Positions 26,700 through 34,957 of a DNA stretch of 64,000 nucleotides are shown in pieces. This DNA comes from a virus (taxonomy: Duplodnaviria; Caudoviricetes), in IMG/VR virus record IMGVR_UViG_3300037484_000235, positions 32,001 through 96,000 of that record; one strand, written 5' to 3'. A program made the translations under genes and the position numbers. Below the pieces are notes generated by a model. It made no database searches. It worked only from the letters and a program-made list of their open reading frames with translations, and had not been told where the DNA came from. Position 1 is the first letter of the stretch, and every line of letters starts with the position of its first letter.

Positions 26700-26887
26700 G
26701 CCTTGTATCCCCTTGCCTTGTATCCCCTTGCCTTGTACGCCTTTAGATCAGCTTTCAGAATGCAGATGCTGCAAGTCCCGCATTCGTCTTCGCACTCACG
26801 GAGCCCTACGACCATTTCTGCGGAATAAATCAGATTCCACAGGAGGTCTGCCTTGGTCTTGCGAGGGGTCTTCGTCTTGGTCGTCAT
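26696..26887 (-). CDS. hypothetical protein with YKARG tandem repeat
   Basis: first ORF after promoter; ends YKARGYKARGYKA. Confidence 0.65.
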   Translation of the reverse strand: MTTKTKTPRKTKADLLWNLIYSAEMVVGLRECEDECGTCSICILKADLKAYKARGYKARGYKA

Positions 26888-26906
26888 GGGCTTTCCTCAC
26901 CTAAAT

Positions 26907-26936
26907 AACGGGTCAGCCCCCAGGGATTACACGATT
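26907..26936 (-). promoter_or_regulatory. repeated promoter AATCGTGTAA-N16-CGTT
   Basis: motif read directly. Confidence 0.85.
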
Positions 26937-26982
26937 CCGGGCCTGTGTAACGAACGGACCCATTCCACCCAAACCAGCGGAT

Positions 26983-27243
26983 TCACCGCCCTTTCATTCG
27001 CTGGCCATGCCGCTTGCGTTGTTCACGTTCAATGCGCTTTCGTTCGTGGGTCTTGCCCTGGGGTCCTACCGATTTGCCCTTGTTGTAACACCACTTAGGC
27101 AGAGTGGGAGGCATCGGAAGATCCTCGTGCTGCACTGGTCGCACTTCGAGCAGTATCACTGGATCGTTGCGATGCTGACGCAGCAGCTCGGCCTGAAGAG
27201 CTACTTCGGCAACCATGAGTAGGACAGTCTTGGGGCTTCTCAC
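26983..27243 (-). CDS. hypothetical protein
   Basis: 86 aa. Confidence 0.5.
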   Translation of the reverse strand: MRSPKTVLLMVAEVALQAELLRQHRNDPVILLEVRPVQHEDLPMPPTLPKWCYNKGKSVGPQGKTHERKRIEREQRKRHGQRMKGR

Positions 27244-27246
27244 GGG

Positions 27247-27516
27247 CTAGTCCTTCGGGAAGTCGAATTTGTCGACTGTGGCTGCCTTCCAGGCTCGAAG
27301 TTCCTCAAAGTCACGAAGCTCGTACTCCGTGACCTGGCCCGGGTAGATGTCCGAGATGTATAGGCGCTGGCCGTAGCAATCCACAACCCAATCTCCCACA
27401 CGGAACTCCCGGCGAACCTTGCGAAGCTCTTCTGCGACGAGCTTTTGGAGAGCGAGGGTCAGTTGGTCTGCCACCTTGGAGGGGAGTTCGTCTGGGATGT
27501 CTAGTGTGATTTTCAT
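27247..27516 (-). CDS. hypothetical protein
   Basis: 89 aa; ribbon-helix-helix-like start, FRVGDWV. Confidence 0.6.
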   Translation of the reverse strand: MKITLDIPDELPSKVADQLTLALQKLVAEELRKVRREFRVGDWVVDCYGQRLYISDIYPGQVTEYELRDFEELRAWKAATVDKFDFPKD

Positions 27517-27884
27517 GCGGGGGTCTTTCGGTCTTGAGCGTGCTGGAAGGCTGTCTCAGGGCTTGCCTGCTCCAAAAGGTTGTTCCATGCCTCAGCAGCG
27601 ACCCTTGCCCTCTTGTTCGCCTCGAACGCAAGAGAACGCAGTCGCAAGTAAGCCGCATGCGCTTCTCGCAAACGAACGAGCATCTCAGCGTCGCACTCAC
27701 GCTTGTACTCAGTAGCTGCGCCCAAGGCGTCCTCAACCGTGGGACGGGCCCCACCCCGTTCATTGGCCGCAGCCGCAGCCTGGAACCCTGCCAGGACGTC
27801 TGGGTGGTCACTGGGGGGTACGTATCCGAACGAGACCCAGACCTTCCAGCCGGTGATAAACGCGGCGCGTTGGCAGGTGTTCAC
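27513..27884 (-). CDS. hypothetical protein
   Basis: 123 aa coupled. Confidence 0.6.
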   Translation of the reverse strand: MNTCQRAAFITGWKVWVSFGYVPPSDHPDVLAGFQAAAAANERGGARPTVEDALGAATEYKRECDAEMLVRLREAHAAYLRLRSLAFEANKRARVAAEAWNNLLEQASPETAFQHAQDRKTPA

Positions 27885-28114
27885 GACTCGCTCCCCGGGC
27901 CCCAGCGGTGGTCACAGGCGCAGCACCGGAACTCCTGGCGTGAGCCCTGGCACCCGTTGTCCTCAGTGTCCTTGCACCCGCAAGAGGGGCACTCGGAGCC
28001 CTCAGCTTGGCGCACAGACTTTGCGAGTGATCGGAGCTGGATCTGACGCTCCAGGTCCGTGAAGGGAGCAAGCAGGATACCGAGAGTGATTTGATCGATG
28101 GTCTTGGGGGTCAT
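27881..28114 (-). CDS. Zn-ribbon protein
   Basis: CPSCG..EDNG..FRCCACDHRW. Confidence 0.6.
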   Translation of the reverse strand: MTPKTIDQITLGILLAPFTDLERQIQLRSLAKSVRQAEGSECPSCGCKDTEDNGCQGSRQEFRCCACDHRWGPGSES

Positions 28115-28305
28115 GGGGCCTCCGGATGAAATGTGAGGTTGCTTGGACCAGCGTAATAGCCACTCTTGTATGCCTGCACCGCGTACCCACGCTCGTAACC
28201 AATGAGTCGGTCCGTAGGCCAGCCGTGCTCTACGGCCCAAGTTCGCGCCGCAACGAGCGTTGGCCAGTAGTAAATGCCGCGATGCGTCTTTAGCGTGTCG
28301 TCCAT
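28111..28305 (-). CDS. hypothetical protein
   Basis: AGGAG RBS, MDDTLKT. Confidence 0.65.
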   Translation of the reverse strand: MDDTLKTHRGIYYWPTLVAARTWAVEHGWPTDRLIGYERGYAVQAYKSGYYAGPSNLTFHPEAP

Positions 28306-28317
28306 AGTTCTCCTGAG

Positions 28318-28413
28318 TGGCGCTACATCACACACGCGGTGAGCCATGATCCCAAGGGTCGCCCTTGCTGGCCCTGGGTAGCGCCGTTCCTAGCGGTTCG
28401 TGTGCGGTGTAGC
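28318..28413 (-). ncRNA. candidate CCA-ended structured RNA (acceptor-like helix)
   Basis: GCUACA/UGUAGC + C.A + CGCACACG/CGUGUGUG, then G-CCA; internal hairpins; directly downstream of a promoter. Confidence 0.5.
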
Positions 28414-28428
28414 GTCTCTCACCTAGGT

Positions 28429-28458
28429 AACGGTTGAGCCCACCAGGATTACACGATT
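28429..28458 (-). promoter_or_regulatory. repeated promoter AATCGTGTAA-N16-CGTT (no ATG follows)
   Basis: motif read directly. Confidence 0.85.
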
Positions 28459-28463
28459 ACAGG

Positions 28464-28757
28464 CTATCGATCGTAGAACCTCGCGTTTGGGTTCTCACGA
28501 AGGAAATCACCAAGTTCTTTGATCTGCTCCTCAACCCACTCGGGTTTGCCCTCGAAAACTGCTGTGTTCCAGGGCTGCTTGACCCAATCCGGTTCTGGCC
28601 AAAGATTGCGAAGCCACTCACAGTAGGCTGCGTAGCGGGCCTGAGTCGTCGTGTGGGAGAGGATGCGGTAAGTCACCTCTGTAGGTGTCTGCGCCAAGCC
28701 CATCGTCTTGCGATGCTTGCCATGTGCGCCGTTATCGACCCCCAGATTCATACTCAT
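28464..28757 (-). CDS. hypothetical protein
   Basis: 97 aa; L.QTPT..T..IL motif. Confidence 0.65.
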   Translation of the reverse strand: MSMNLGVDNGAHGKHRKTMGLAQTPTEVTYRILSHTTTQARYAAYCEWLRNLWPEPDWVKQPWNTAVFEGKPEWVEEQIKELGDFLRENPNARFYDR

Positions 28758-28761
28758 GGTG

Positions 28762-28947
28762 TTAGCGTCCAGTCTCGTTGTCTACGACCGTCTCGATGGT
28801 GTCCCCACCTTCGGGAGTCTGCGCCACACGCACCGCCACACACTCTTGGCAGCACCAAATGACCAGACGCCCTTGACCGCTCTTGGTCTCTAGCTCGGGC
28901 CGACGACCCCAGCGGTGGGTCACGCAGAACTGCTTGATCGTGGTCAT
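28762..28947 (-). CDS. hypothetical protein
   Basis: first ORF after promoter, MTTIKQF. Confidence 0.65.
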   Translation of the reverse strand: MTTIKQFCVTHRWGRRPELETKSGQGRLVIWCCQECVAVRVAQTPEGGDTIETVVDNETGR

Positions 28948-28964
28948 GATGTCCTCACCTGTAT

Positions 28965-28994
28965 AACGGTCGGGGACCAGAGGATTACATGATT
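28965..28994 (-). promoter_or_regulatory. promoter variant AATCATGTAA-N16-CGTT
   Basis: motif read directly. Confidence 0.8.
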
Positions 28995-29002
28995 CAGGAC
29001 CA

Positions 29003-29156
29003 AATCCACTCCTACAAGCTGCCCTCGACCCCAGCTCCACCCCCGGCCTAGGATGGGGGCTTCTTTGACTGGTAGGTTAGGTCGTGATTGCAATCACACC
29101 TACTGCGGCTTTTGCATGCCGGAGCCCATTTCGAGAGCAGCTTGTAGAAGTGGATT
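29003..29156 (-). ncRNA. candidate structured RNA: 26-bp terminal stem enclosing a multibranch core
   Basis: arms 29003-29028 and 29131-29156 are reverse complements at 24/26; both mismatches become G.U on the minus strand. Confidence 0.55.
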
Positions 29157-29173
29157 CTTAGCGCTGAGGGACC

Positions 29174-29395
29174 TCATGACTTCCTCAGCTTTGCCAGCTC
29201 GGTTTCCATCCGGTCCCCGAATGCAGCCGCTTCCTTGAAGAGGATTCCAAGATCCCCGGGGATCTGCTCACCCACCTTCTCAAAAGGAACGGATTGCAGT
29301 TGCCGAACGGCTTCTTCAAGATTTCGTCGCATATCGCGCACGATACGTTCCCGTTCGTTTAGAGGCAGACCCTCCCATGTCGTAGAGGTGCTCAT
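29174..29395 (-). CDS. hypothetical protein
   Basis: 73 aa. Confidence 0.6.
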   Translation of the reverse strand: MSTSTTWEGLPLNERERIVRDMRRNLEEAVRQLQSVPFEKVGEQIPGDLGILFKEAAAFGDRMETELAKLRKS

Positions 29396-29400
29396 GGCCC

Positions 29401-29706
29401 TCAGGTGTCCTCTCGCATGCCACCACGAAGGCGGTCTGCTACGTCTTCGAGGCCCCGTCGGAGACTCGGTGGCATCTCCGTGCCCTCGATCATCTTGAGC
29501 GCCGACTCACAGATGTTCTTGAAGCGGGCCCGTGCGCTCTTGCCCGTGGACTTGGGCAGCCCGTAGGCCGTTGCCGCATGGCAGTCCGCCAGGTAGAGGG
29601 CGATGCTCTTCCAGTGAGCGGCCTCCTGCTCCGCCGTGGTGACGGCTGCGCTCAGGCGGTCGATGCGCTCGTTGCTGGTCTCAGGCTTGGTGAGATCGTG
29701 GGTCAT
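29401..29706 (-). CDS. hypothetical protein
   Basis: first ORF after promoter. Confidence 0.7.
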   Translation of the reverse strand: MTHDLTKPETSNERIDRLSAAVTTAEQEAAHWKSIALYLADCHAATAYGLPKSTGKSARARFKNICESALKMIEGTEMPPSLRRGLEDVADRLRGGMREDT

Positions 29707-29728
29707 TTGACGGTTCCCTCACCTGTAT

Positions 29729-29758
29729 AACGGGTGAGGGCCAGACGATTACACGACG
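29729..29758 (-). promoter_or_regulatory. repeated promoter with 11-bp tandem duplication of the upstream box (second box 29760-29769)
   Basis: ACGATTACACG-ACGATTACACG-ATT on +. Confidence 0.8.
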
Positions 29759-29768
29759 ATTACACGAT

Positions 29769-30554
29769 TCATCGGCGAGGATACTGCGGGCGAGGGATCT
29801 TCCCACCCCCAGCAAGCAGGTCCATGGGCACCTCTGTGCCGAACTTGCTTCCACCAGTGATCCGCACGAATCCCGGAGGTAGACCCGGATCTCGGTGCAC
29901 CCGGCCAAGGGCCTGTGTCACATCCCCCAGAGGCATTCCAGGAGTCCGACGCACCGTGGACTTGTCCGACGGACGTACCGGGCGCTCCTCATTGCGGATG
30001 ATGGTCTTCGTGACCCCGGCCCGCATCGCAGCCTCAAGCTGGTCCATGACGGCCATGCGCCCCGCTCGGGACTGAGGTGGTGTAGGCGCAATCTCAGGCA
30101 CCTTGCAGCGGCCACAACACGGGCCGAGGTGCTCGTCTTCTGCTGCATTGCACTCAGGCTCCGCAGGTTGGCCAAAAGGGAGTGCTTCCAGTTCGTGCCG
30201 GGCGATGCGGCGGCCCACGATGTTGACCTGGCGCAGGTCAGTGGCAATAGCCGTGAGAGCGAGTACAAGAGGGTGAGTCTCCCCGTCGAAGTGCTCCACG
30301 TAGCGGCTGCGTTCGACCTTGAGACGTCCAAGAGCAATCTTCTTGCCCTTCTCACGATCGAACACCTCACCTGGGATGAGATACGTGAAGAACGTGTCTG
30401 GCAGGGGCCCAGGCTCAGTTACCCAGTGCGGGGGCTTGTTGACGGAGTACGCGATGTAGAGCGACGAGCCCTTGATTTGAGTCACGAGGGTCATGACTCG
30501 GTCTGGATTGCGCAGGTCTTGGATGTATCGAATCTTGGTATTTGGAGTAGTCAT
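29769..30554 (-). CDS. hypothetical protein
   Basis: start MTTPNTK; two-part ORF. Confidence 0.6.
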   Translation of the reverse strand: MTTPNTKIRYIQDLRNPDRVMTLVTQIKGSSLYIAYSVNKPPHWVTEPGPLPDTFFTYLIPGEVFDREKGKKIALGRLKVERSRYVEHFDGETHPLVLALTAIATDLRQVNIVGRRIARHELEALPFGQPAEPECNAAEDEHLGPCCGRCKVPEIAPTPPQSRAGRMAVMDQLEAAMRAGVTKTIIRNEERPVRPSDKSTVRRTPGMPLGDVTQALGRVHRDPGLPPGFVRITGGSKFGTEVPMDLLAGGGKIPRPQYPRR

Positions 30555-30577
30555 TGTGTTCTCTACGCTCTTTGAAG

Positions 30578-31216
30578 TCAAGATTTGTGCTTCCAGTCAG
30601 CGAAAAGCGTGAGCCACTCTTCGAATGGTACAAAGCGATCGTACGTCCACCATCCACCAGCCTCGTTTGCGTAGTCCATCAAACTAGCCAGCTCCCTCTC
30701 AGTTACGAGACCCATTCCGTACTTAAGGTCTCCACTGCCACAGGCGGCTTCCCACAGATCGGATTCAATCTCCGAACTCCAACCAGCGCACCACGTCTCT
30801 TCAGAGATTTCCCGAATACGGCTATCCAGGAGAAGTGCAGCATTCTGGTTCCGTGCCTCACGTAATGAGGCCTCACGTGCGCCCATACGATTCTTCTGGA
30901 TCTCAGCATGTCTAGCGAGACCATCCTCAGCGATCACACGTTGTGTCGGCCAACACATATCGCAACAATCTGACGGCTGCCACACCATCACATCCTGTTC
31001 TTCCGGGATGTTGTCGGACCAACGGTCGTAGAATTTACCGCAGTGCTTACACGTGCAGCATTGTTCGGCGTGCGCACGGCTACCCTCGGCATATCGAGCC
31101 ACGTTCTCATCTGTATTCGAGGTCATGCACGTGCCTGCACCTCCGATGTGACGACACTTGCTGCACACCCAAGCATAGGTCACACCATCTGGTCCGAACA
31201 ATCGGAACGCTTCCAT
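30578..31216 (-). CDS. hypothetical protein with CxxC motifs
   Basis: 212 aa. Confidence 0.6.
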   Translation of the reverse strand: MEAFRLFGPDGVTYAWVCSKCRHIGGAGTCMTSNTDENVARYAEGSRAHAEQCCTCKHCGKFYDRWSDNIPEEQDVMVWQPSDCCDMCWPTQRVIAEDGLARHAEIQKNRMGAREASLREARNQNAALLLDSRIREISEETWCAGWSSEIESDLWEAACGSGDLKYGMGLVTERELASLMDYANEAGGWWTYDRFVPFEEWLTLFADWKHKS

Positions 31217-31219
31217 CTT

Positions 31220-31642
31220 CTACCCCTTTGTCCAAGTCCAAACGTACGAGGCTGTCTTGAATCCAGCGCTCCGAACCCGCTTCTTCTTGAAACCATTTTT
31301 CTCGTAGAACCTCTGTTGGTCTTCTGGGTTTGCCCCATACCCACCCGGCACAACATGTACCTTTGTGGCACCCATCGAGACTGCCTTCTCCAGTGCGAGA
31401 TTCAACAGTGTGGACCCGATGCCCTTGCCCCTTACCTCTGGAGATCCTTGCACTATAGCCCTAGCTACCCACCAGTCCTCAGGGCCCCCGAGAGTGTCTA
31501 GGTCGACAGTCCCACGATTCATCCCGGCATACCAGGAAGCTGAGCAGGATTGTCCATGCCCTTGGACGACAACCTTGCCTGGTGGGAGACTCGGGTTTGC
31601 GAGGAGTAGTGTTTCGGACTCCTGGGTCTGTTGCGTTACCAC
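31220..31642 (-). CDS. GNAT-family acetyltransferase
   Basis: VRGKGIGSTLL motif A; FYEKNGF motif B. Confidence 0.8.
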   Translation of the reverse strand: MVTQQTQESETLLLANPSLPPGKVVVQGHGQSCSASWYAGMNRGTVDLDTLGGPEDWWVARAIVQGSPEVRGKGIGSTLLNLALEKAVSMGATKVHVVPGGYGANPEDQQRFYEKNGFKKKRVRSAGFKTASYVWTWTKG

Positions 31643-31649
31643 GGGTGAT

Positions 31650-32075
31650 TTACTCTTCCGGTACCAAATCTGTCTTGCCAGTCAGGTAGTCGAGAAGATC
31701 GAGACGCCCACCGTAATTGGCCCGGATCGTCTTTCTTCCGAGAAATCTATGGGCATAGATCCTGTGCCACCCGTCAATAATCACTGGGATGGGGTAGACA
31801 TTACCCCCATCACACACGTTGTCCACGCTGATGGGATCTTCAAGGCCCTCTGGATTTAATAATATCCAACGGATTCTGGCGACGTGCCATCTTCGGTAAG
31901 CTGGGATCTCTGGGTCATCCGGCCGAGTGGTGTGGTCCCCTGCGCCGAGGACCCCGATGTCCTTGTTTGATGCCTTGCTGACAGATCTGAGTGTGAGGCG
32001 CGGACTGCATCCCCAGGGATCTTCCCCCTTGGGGATGAATTTTGATAGGCGAGAGAGGATGAGTACATCAGACAT
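31650..32075 (-). CDS. ParB/sulfiredoxin-like domain protein
   Basis: PISVD...IIDGWHR..A; start could be 32141. Confidence 0.7.
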   Translation of the reverse strand: MSDVLILSRLSKFIPKGEDPWGCSPRLTLRSVSKASNKDIGVLGAGDHTTRPDDPEIPAYRRWHVARIRWILLNPEGLEDPISVDNVCDGGNVYPIPVIIDGWHRIYAHRFLGRKTIRANYGGRLDLLDYLTGKTDLVPEE

Positions 32076-32316
32076 GGGAACCACCGGGTAGGTGTGGAAG
32101 GAGTCCGTTCTCTCGAAGCCACGCTTTCTCGTCTTGCTCAAACTTGTCGCTGTCCATTCGAATCAGGTACAGGGCCTGGTCGTACCCATCTTGAGCAGTG
32201 ACGACAGATCCATCCCAGCTCACTGGGGATCTCATTGCCCCGATCGCCTTGTTGAGAACCGGGTGATTTCGATTCTCGTTGTAGGCTTCCAGCTTGGAGA
32301 GCAGGCCGTCCATCAC
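32068..32316 (-). CDS. hypothetical protein
   Basis: 82 aa coupled. Confidence 0.55.
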   Translation of the reverse strand: MMDGLLSKLEAYNENRNHPVLNKAIGAMRSPVSWDGSVVTAQDGYDQALYLIRMDSDKFEQDEKAWLRENGLLPHLPGGSHV

Positions 32317-32489
32317 CCCTCCTTAAACATCTCGTCGGCCAGCCTTCGAACAGCACTGGCTGAAAGCTCGTAAGCGATTGCGCAGCCGTCATCGAAGTCA
32401 CCTTCCGCGTTCTGCCTGGAGGACTTGGCGTCATGCTCCAGCTTGGCAGCGAGAGCTTCGAGCTTCTTCACGGTCTTGAACTTGTCCAT
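32313..32489 (-). CDS. hypothetical protein
   Basis: start MDKFKTV. Confidence 0.6.
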   Translation of the reverse strand: MDKFKTVKKLEALAAKLEHDAKSSRQNAEGDFDDGCAIAYELSASAVRRLADEMFKEG

Positions 32490-32908
32490 CAGCAGTGCTC
32501 CCAATCGTAGGCCACTAGGCGGCCATCCTTGGTTGTCCCGACTTGCCCGCAGTCCACCGACCACGTCCAATCAGCTTTCTCCGACCAACCTACGTGCTTG
32601 ACGGACTCCATGCGTAAAATCGGCAATCCGAACCTCGTGGACAGTTCCTGGTCGAACCAAGCACGGGCCCGAGGCTCCCACTGGTTATCACACGTATGTT
32701 CCTCGTAGCAGTTGGCATCGATCCCACTCAGGACGGTGGGAACCTTGATTACAGTGTCACCATCACGGAAGACTGCCCGGTGACGACCCACCATAGGCTC
32801 TCCAAAGACCTGGGTGAGTGCGGCACGGGCCTGCTCAAAGAGACATGGGTCCGGCTCGATGCACACCTCGACTGGGCGGGGCTTGGGGCGTTGCTTGGGC
32901 GGATGCAC
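32489..32908 (-). CDS. small protein-kinase-like fold protein
   Basis: GRHRAVF, VIKVP, ANCYE, D..Q.G....G.LVAYD. Confidence 0.55.
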   Translation of the reverse strand: MHPPKQRPKPRPVEVCIEPDPCLFEQARAALTQVFGEPMVGRHRAVFRDGDTVIKVPTVLSGIDANCYEEHTCDNQWEPRARAWFDQELSTRFGLPILRMESVKHVGWSEKADWTWSVDCGQVGTTKDGRLVAYDWEHC

Positions 32909-32912
32909 AGGA

Positions 32913-33107
32913 TCACTCCTTCAGGGCACGGAGGGCCACGCATGCCATGCGAAGTTCCTCCCGCTCAAGCGACGTGCGGTGCCTCAGGACGACCTTGTTG
33001 CGCCGCGCAGACTTCAGCGTCGAGTAGGTCGGACGGTGGCGAAAGCCCATCGTGACCTTGTACTCGAAGTGCTCGATCGCTTCCAGGGTCTTCTTGGTGG
33101 GGGTCAC
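32913..33107 (-). CDS. hypothetical basic protein
   Basis: GTG after GAGGA RBS and promoter. Confidence 0.6.
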   Translation of the reverse strand: MTPTKKTLEAIEHFEYKVTMGFRHRPTYSTLKSARRNKVVLRHRTSLEREELRMACVALRALKE

Positions 33108-33127
33108 GGTGTCTTCCTCGTCTAGAT

Positions 33128-33158
33128 AACGGGTGACCCACCCATAGATTACACGATC
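33128..33158 (-). promoter_or_regulatory. repeated promoter GATCGTGTAA-N17-CGTT
   Basis: motif read directly. Confidence 0.75.
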
Positions 33159-33166
33159 GGTAACCC

Positions 33167-33421
33167 CTATTCGTCGTTGGATTCGGATCCGAAGAGTTCG
33201 TCCAGACGAAACTTCAGTGTGCGGGGCATGGCACAGTACTCGACCAACTTCCTGGTTTCTGGCTTGGACTTGAACGCATCCGAACCAGGCAAAGCTCCAC
33301 GCTCCCCACGGAGGTCTACCTCCCAGGTCCAGATGTCTTCCAAAAGCTTTTCCATGAGCTTTGCCCGAGCAAGCTCTTCCGCCAGATTCTCTAGGGTTGG
33401 GAATGTGTTGTCGCTGCGCAT
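33167..33421 (-). CDS. hypothetical protein
   Basis: GGAGG RBS, MRSDNTF. Confidence 0.6.
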   Translation of the reverse strand: MRSDNTFPTLENLAEELARAKLMEKLLEDIWTWEVDLRGERGALPGSDAFKSKPETRKLVEYCAMPRTLKFRLDELFGSESNDE

Positions 33422-33444
33422 TTGGTCTGTCCCTCCATCTAGAC

Positions 33445-33474
33445 AACGGGTGGGGGCCCAGAGTTTATATGCTT
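33445..33474 (-). promoter_or_regulatory. degenerate promoter AAGCATATAA-N16-CGTT
   Basis: spacer similar to that of 7769-7798. Confidence 0.5.
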
Positions 33475-33489
33475 GAGGACACCAGACGG

Positions 33490-33984
33490 TCATTCCTTTG
33501 ATGGATCTGGACCTACACCCAAGTCAACGAGATTCGATCCGGCAAATTGAAGAGATACCCGAGGTGTACCTTCAATTTCCTCGATTGCTGACAACACAGA
33601 TGATCGGACCTCCTTTTTGAGGCCCGATATACGACGCACTATGTTAGGGTGGCACTCGTAAGTGCAGGTCTCCTCAAACAGGGCGCTAAACACCATTGGG
33701 GTGATGGATCTCTTCAAGGCAGCAATGTCGGTTTTTTTGGACACTTGGAGGATGCTTTTTGGGAGAGTCACCATGGCACGGGTCATTCCCGTTCCTTCGA
33801 TGACTACAGTCCCAGGTATCTTGCGCTTGAGCTTAGCCTGGTTGCGTAGCTCGTCTTTCAATGGCACAAGAGCTTCATTTGCACGCTTGATGACATCCCA
33901 AAGGCGTGCCCCCGCTGCAATCCGGACCTCTAGTGGGAGGTTCGGATCTTTAGCAGCAAGCATGTCACGATCAGGATCGTCCAC
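33490..33984 (-). CDS. hypothetical protein (possible Gp157/Mu Gam-like helical protein)
   Basis: K..LR...K...GT..IEG..V pattern; family uncertain. Confidence 0.55.
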   Translation of the reverse strand: MDDPDRDMLAAKDPNLPLEVRIAAGARLWDVIKRANEALVPLKDELRNQAKLKRKIPGTVVIEGTGMTRAMVTLPKSILQVSKKTDIAALKRSITPMVFSALFEETCTYECHPNIVRRISGLKKEVRSSVLSAIEEIEGTPRVSLQFAGSNLVDLGVGPDPSKE

Positions 33985-33988
33985 AGCG

Positions 33989-34876
33989 CTACTTAGACGG
34001 GAAGCTTTCGGCGCGCACTACACCCTCACCAGGGATGTAGTAGCAAGCGTCCCCTTCCTTGATCTGGCTCCCGGATCTTGCACAGATCCCATCGTGTTGA
34101 GCAACCATCTTTTTCCCCTCAGGGGCAGGAGTCACACGTGCGACGGTCTGTGTATCTGAGAGAACAGACCCAATGATCGGCCTCAATTTGTCGATAGCCC
34201 TTTGGTTCTCTTTCGAGGATCCAGATGCAGCGACTGCGGCTATTCTGGCTGAGAGATTCGACAGCCCCTTAGCCAGGGTAGTTCCACACGGACTCGCAAG
34301 GGGGCAGTTAGTACAAGCTGGATCCTTCGAAGACCAGTATCCGTAACAGGGCGTATTGCCCTTGACGAGACTTCGAATGTAAGGATCCTGCATCCAGGCA
34401 GGTGCCCCGGTATCCTCTTGGGGGATTGGGGACCTGACAACAATAGGTTCCAGAGCCACTACAGGAATGGACTCCTTGACGTGTTGTGTGACTGACGGCA
34501 CTTCAGGTGAAACCACTGCCTTGGGCTCCTTCGGTGCCTTGGGCTCCTTCGGTGCCTCAGGTGCAGACTTCAGTCCGTTGAACTTCGTCCAATCCGCGAC
34601 CACTTCCCATCCTAGGGGGGTCAACCTCGTTGCCGTTGGACCGGGACCTGTGATGAGTCCCTTCTTGCGGAGGTGTGAAACCGCGTTGCTCATCGGGATG
34701 AGGACCGCAGGTCGCTTGTCCTTGAGACCCATGCAGTCACGCGTGAGTCCTAGATTGGCTAGTGCAAGATCCGAGAATACCGGGTAAGGATGACACGCAT
34801 CTTTGTCATCCTTACCGAGGGCGGCCAGAGCGTTGCAGATCGGTTTGTGCAGTTCGGAACCAGAAACGTTGGTCAT
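33989..34876 (-). CDS. winged-helix protein with short KxP linker and C-terminal Cys motifs
   Basis: N-terminal domain paralogous to 34956-35492; LRKKGLI...LTPLG; CYG..S..CTNCP..C. Confidence 0.65.
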   Translation of the reverse strand: MTNVSGSELHKPICNALAALGKDDKDACHPYPVFSDLALANLGLTRDCMGLKDKRPAVLIPMSNAVSHLRKKGLITGPGPTATRLTPLGWEVVADWTKFNGLKSAPEAPKEPKAPKEPKAVVSPEVPSVTQHVKESIPVVALEPIVVRSPIPQEDTGAPAWMQDPYIRSLVKGNTPCYGYWSSKDPACTNCPLASPCGTTLAKGLSNLSARIAAVAASGSSKENQRAIDKLRPIIGSVLSDTQTVARVTPAPEGKKMVAQHDGICARSGSQIKEGDACYYIPGEGVVRAESFPSK

Positions 34877-34927
34877 TGTGTGCGCGGTTCATCCCCATTT
34901 GCACAGGGAATACCTTTCTGGTTCTGT

Positions 34928-34957
34928 AACTCTTGGGATCGCCCTGTTTTCACGATC
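34928..34957 (-). promoter_or_regulatory. promoter variant GATCGTGAAA-N16-AGTT
   Basis: motif read directly. Confidence 0.6.

Noticed and set aside
26941-26952. CCTGTGTAACG resembling the -10/RBS half of the promoter; similar half sites at 41862-41880 and 54986-55005
   Set aside because: No upstream box lies at the 16-17 nt distance, so they were not counted as promoters.
29003-29156. Twister ribozyme or c-di-GMP riboswitch assignment
   Set aside because: Partial look-alikes (AAGC, GGAG, GCAAAAGCC) are present, but the conserved UAA cleavage context and GEMM tetraloop/receptor pattern could not be placed.
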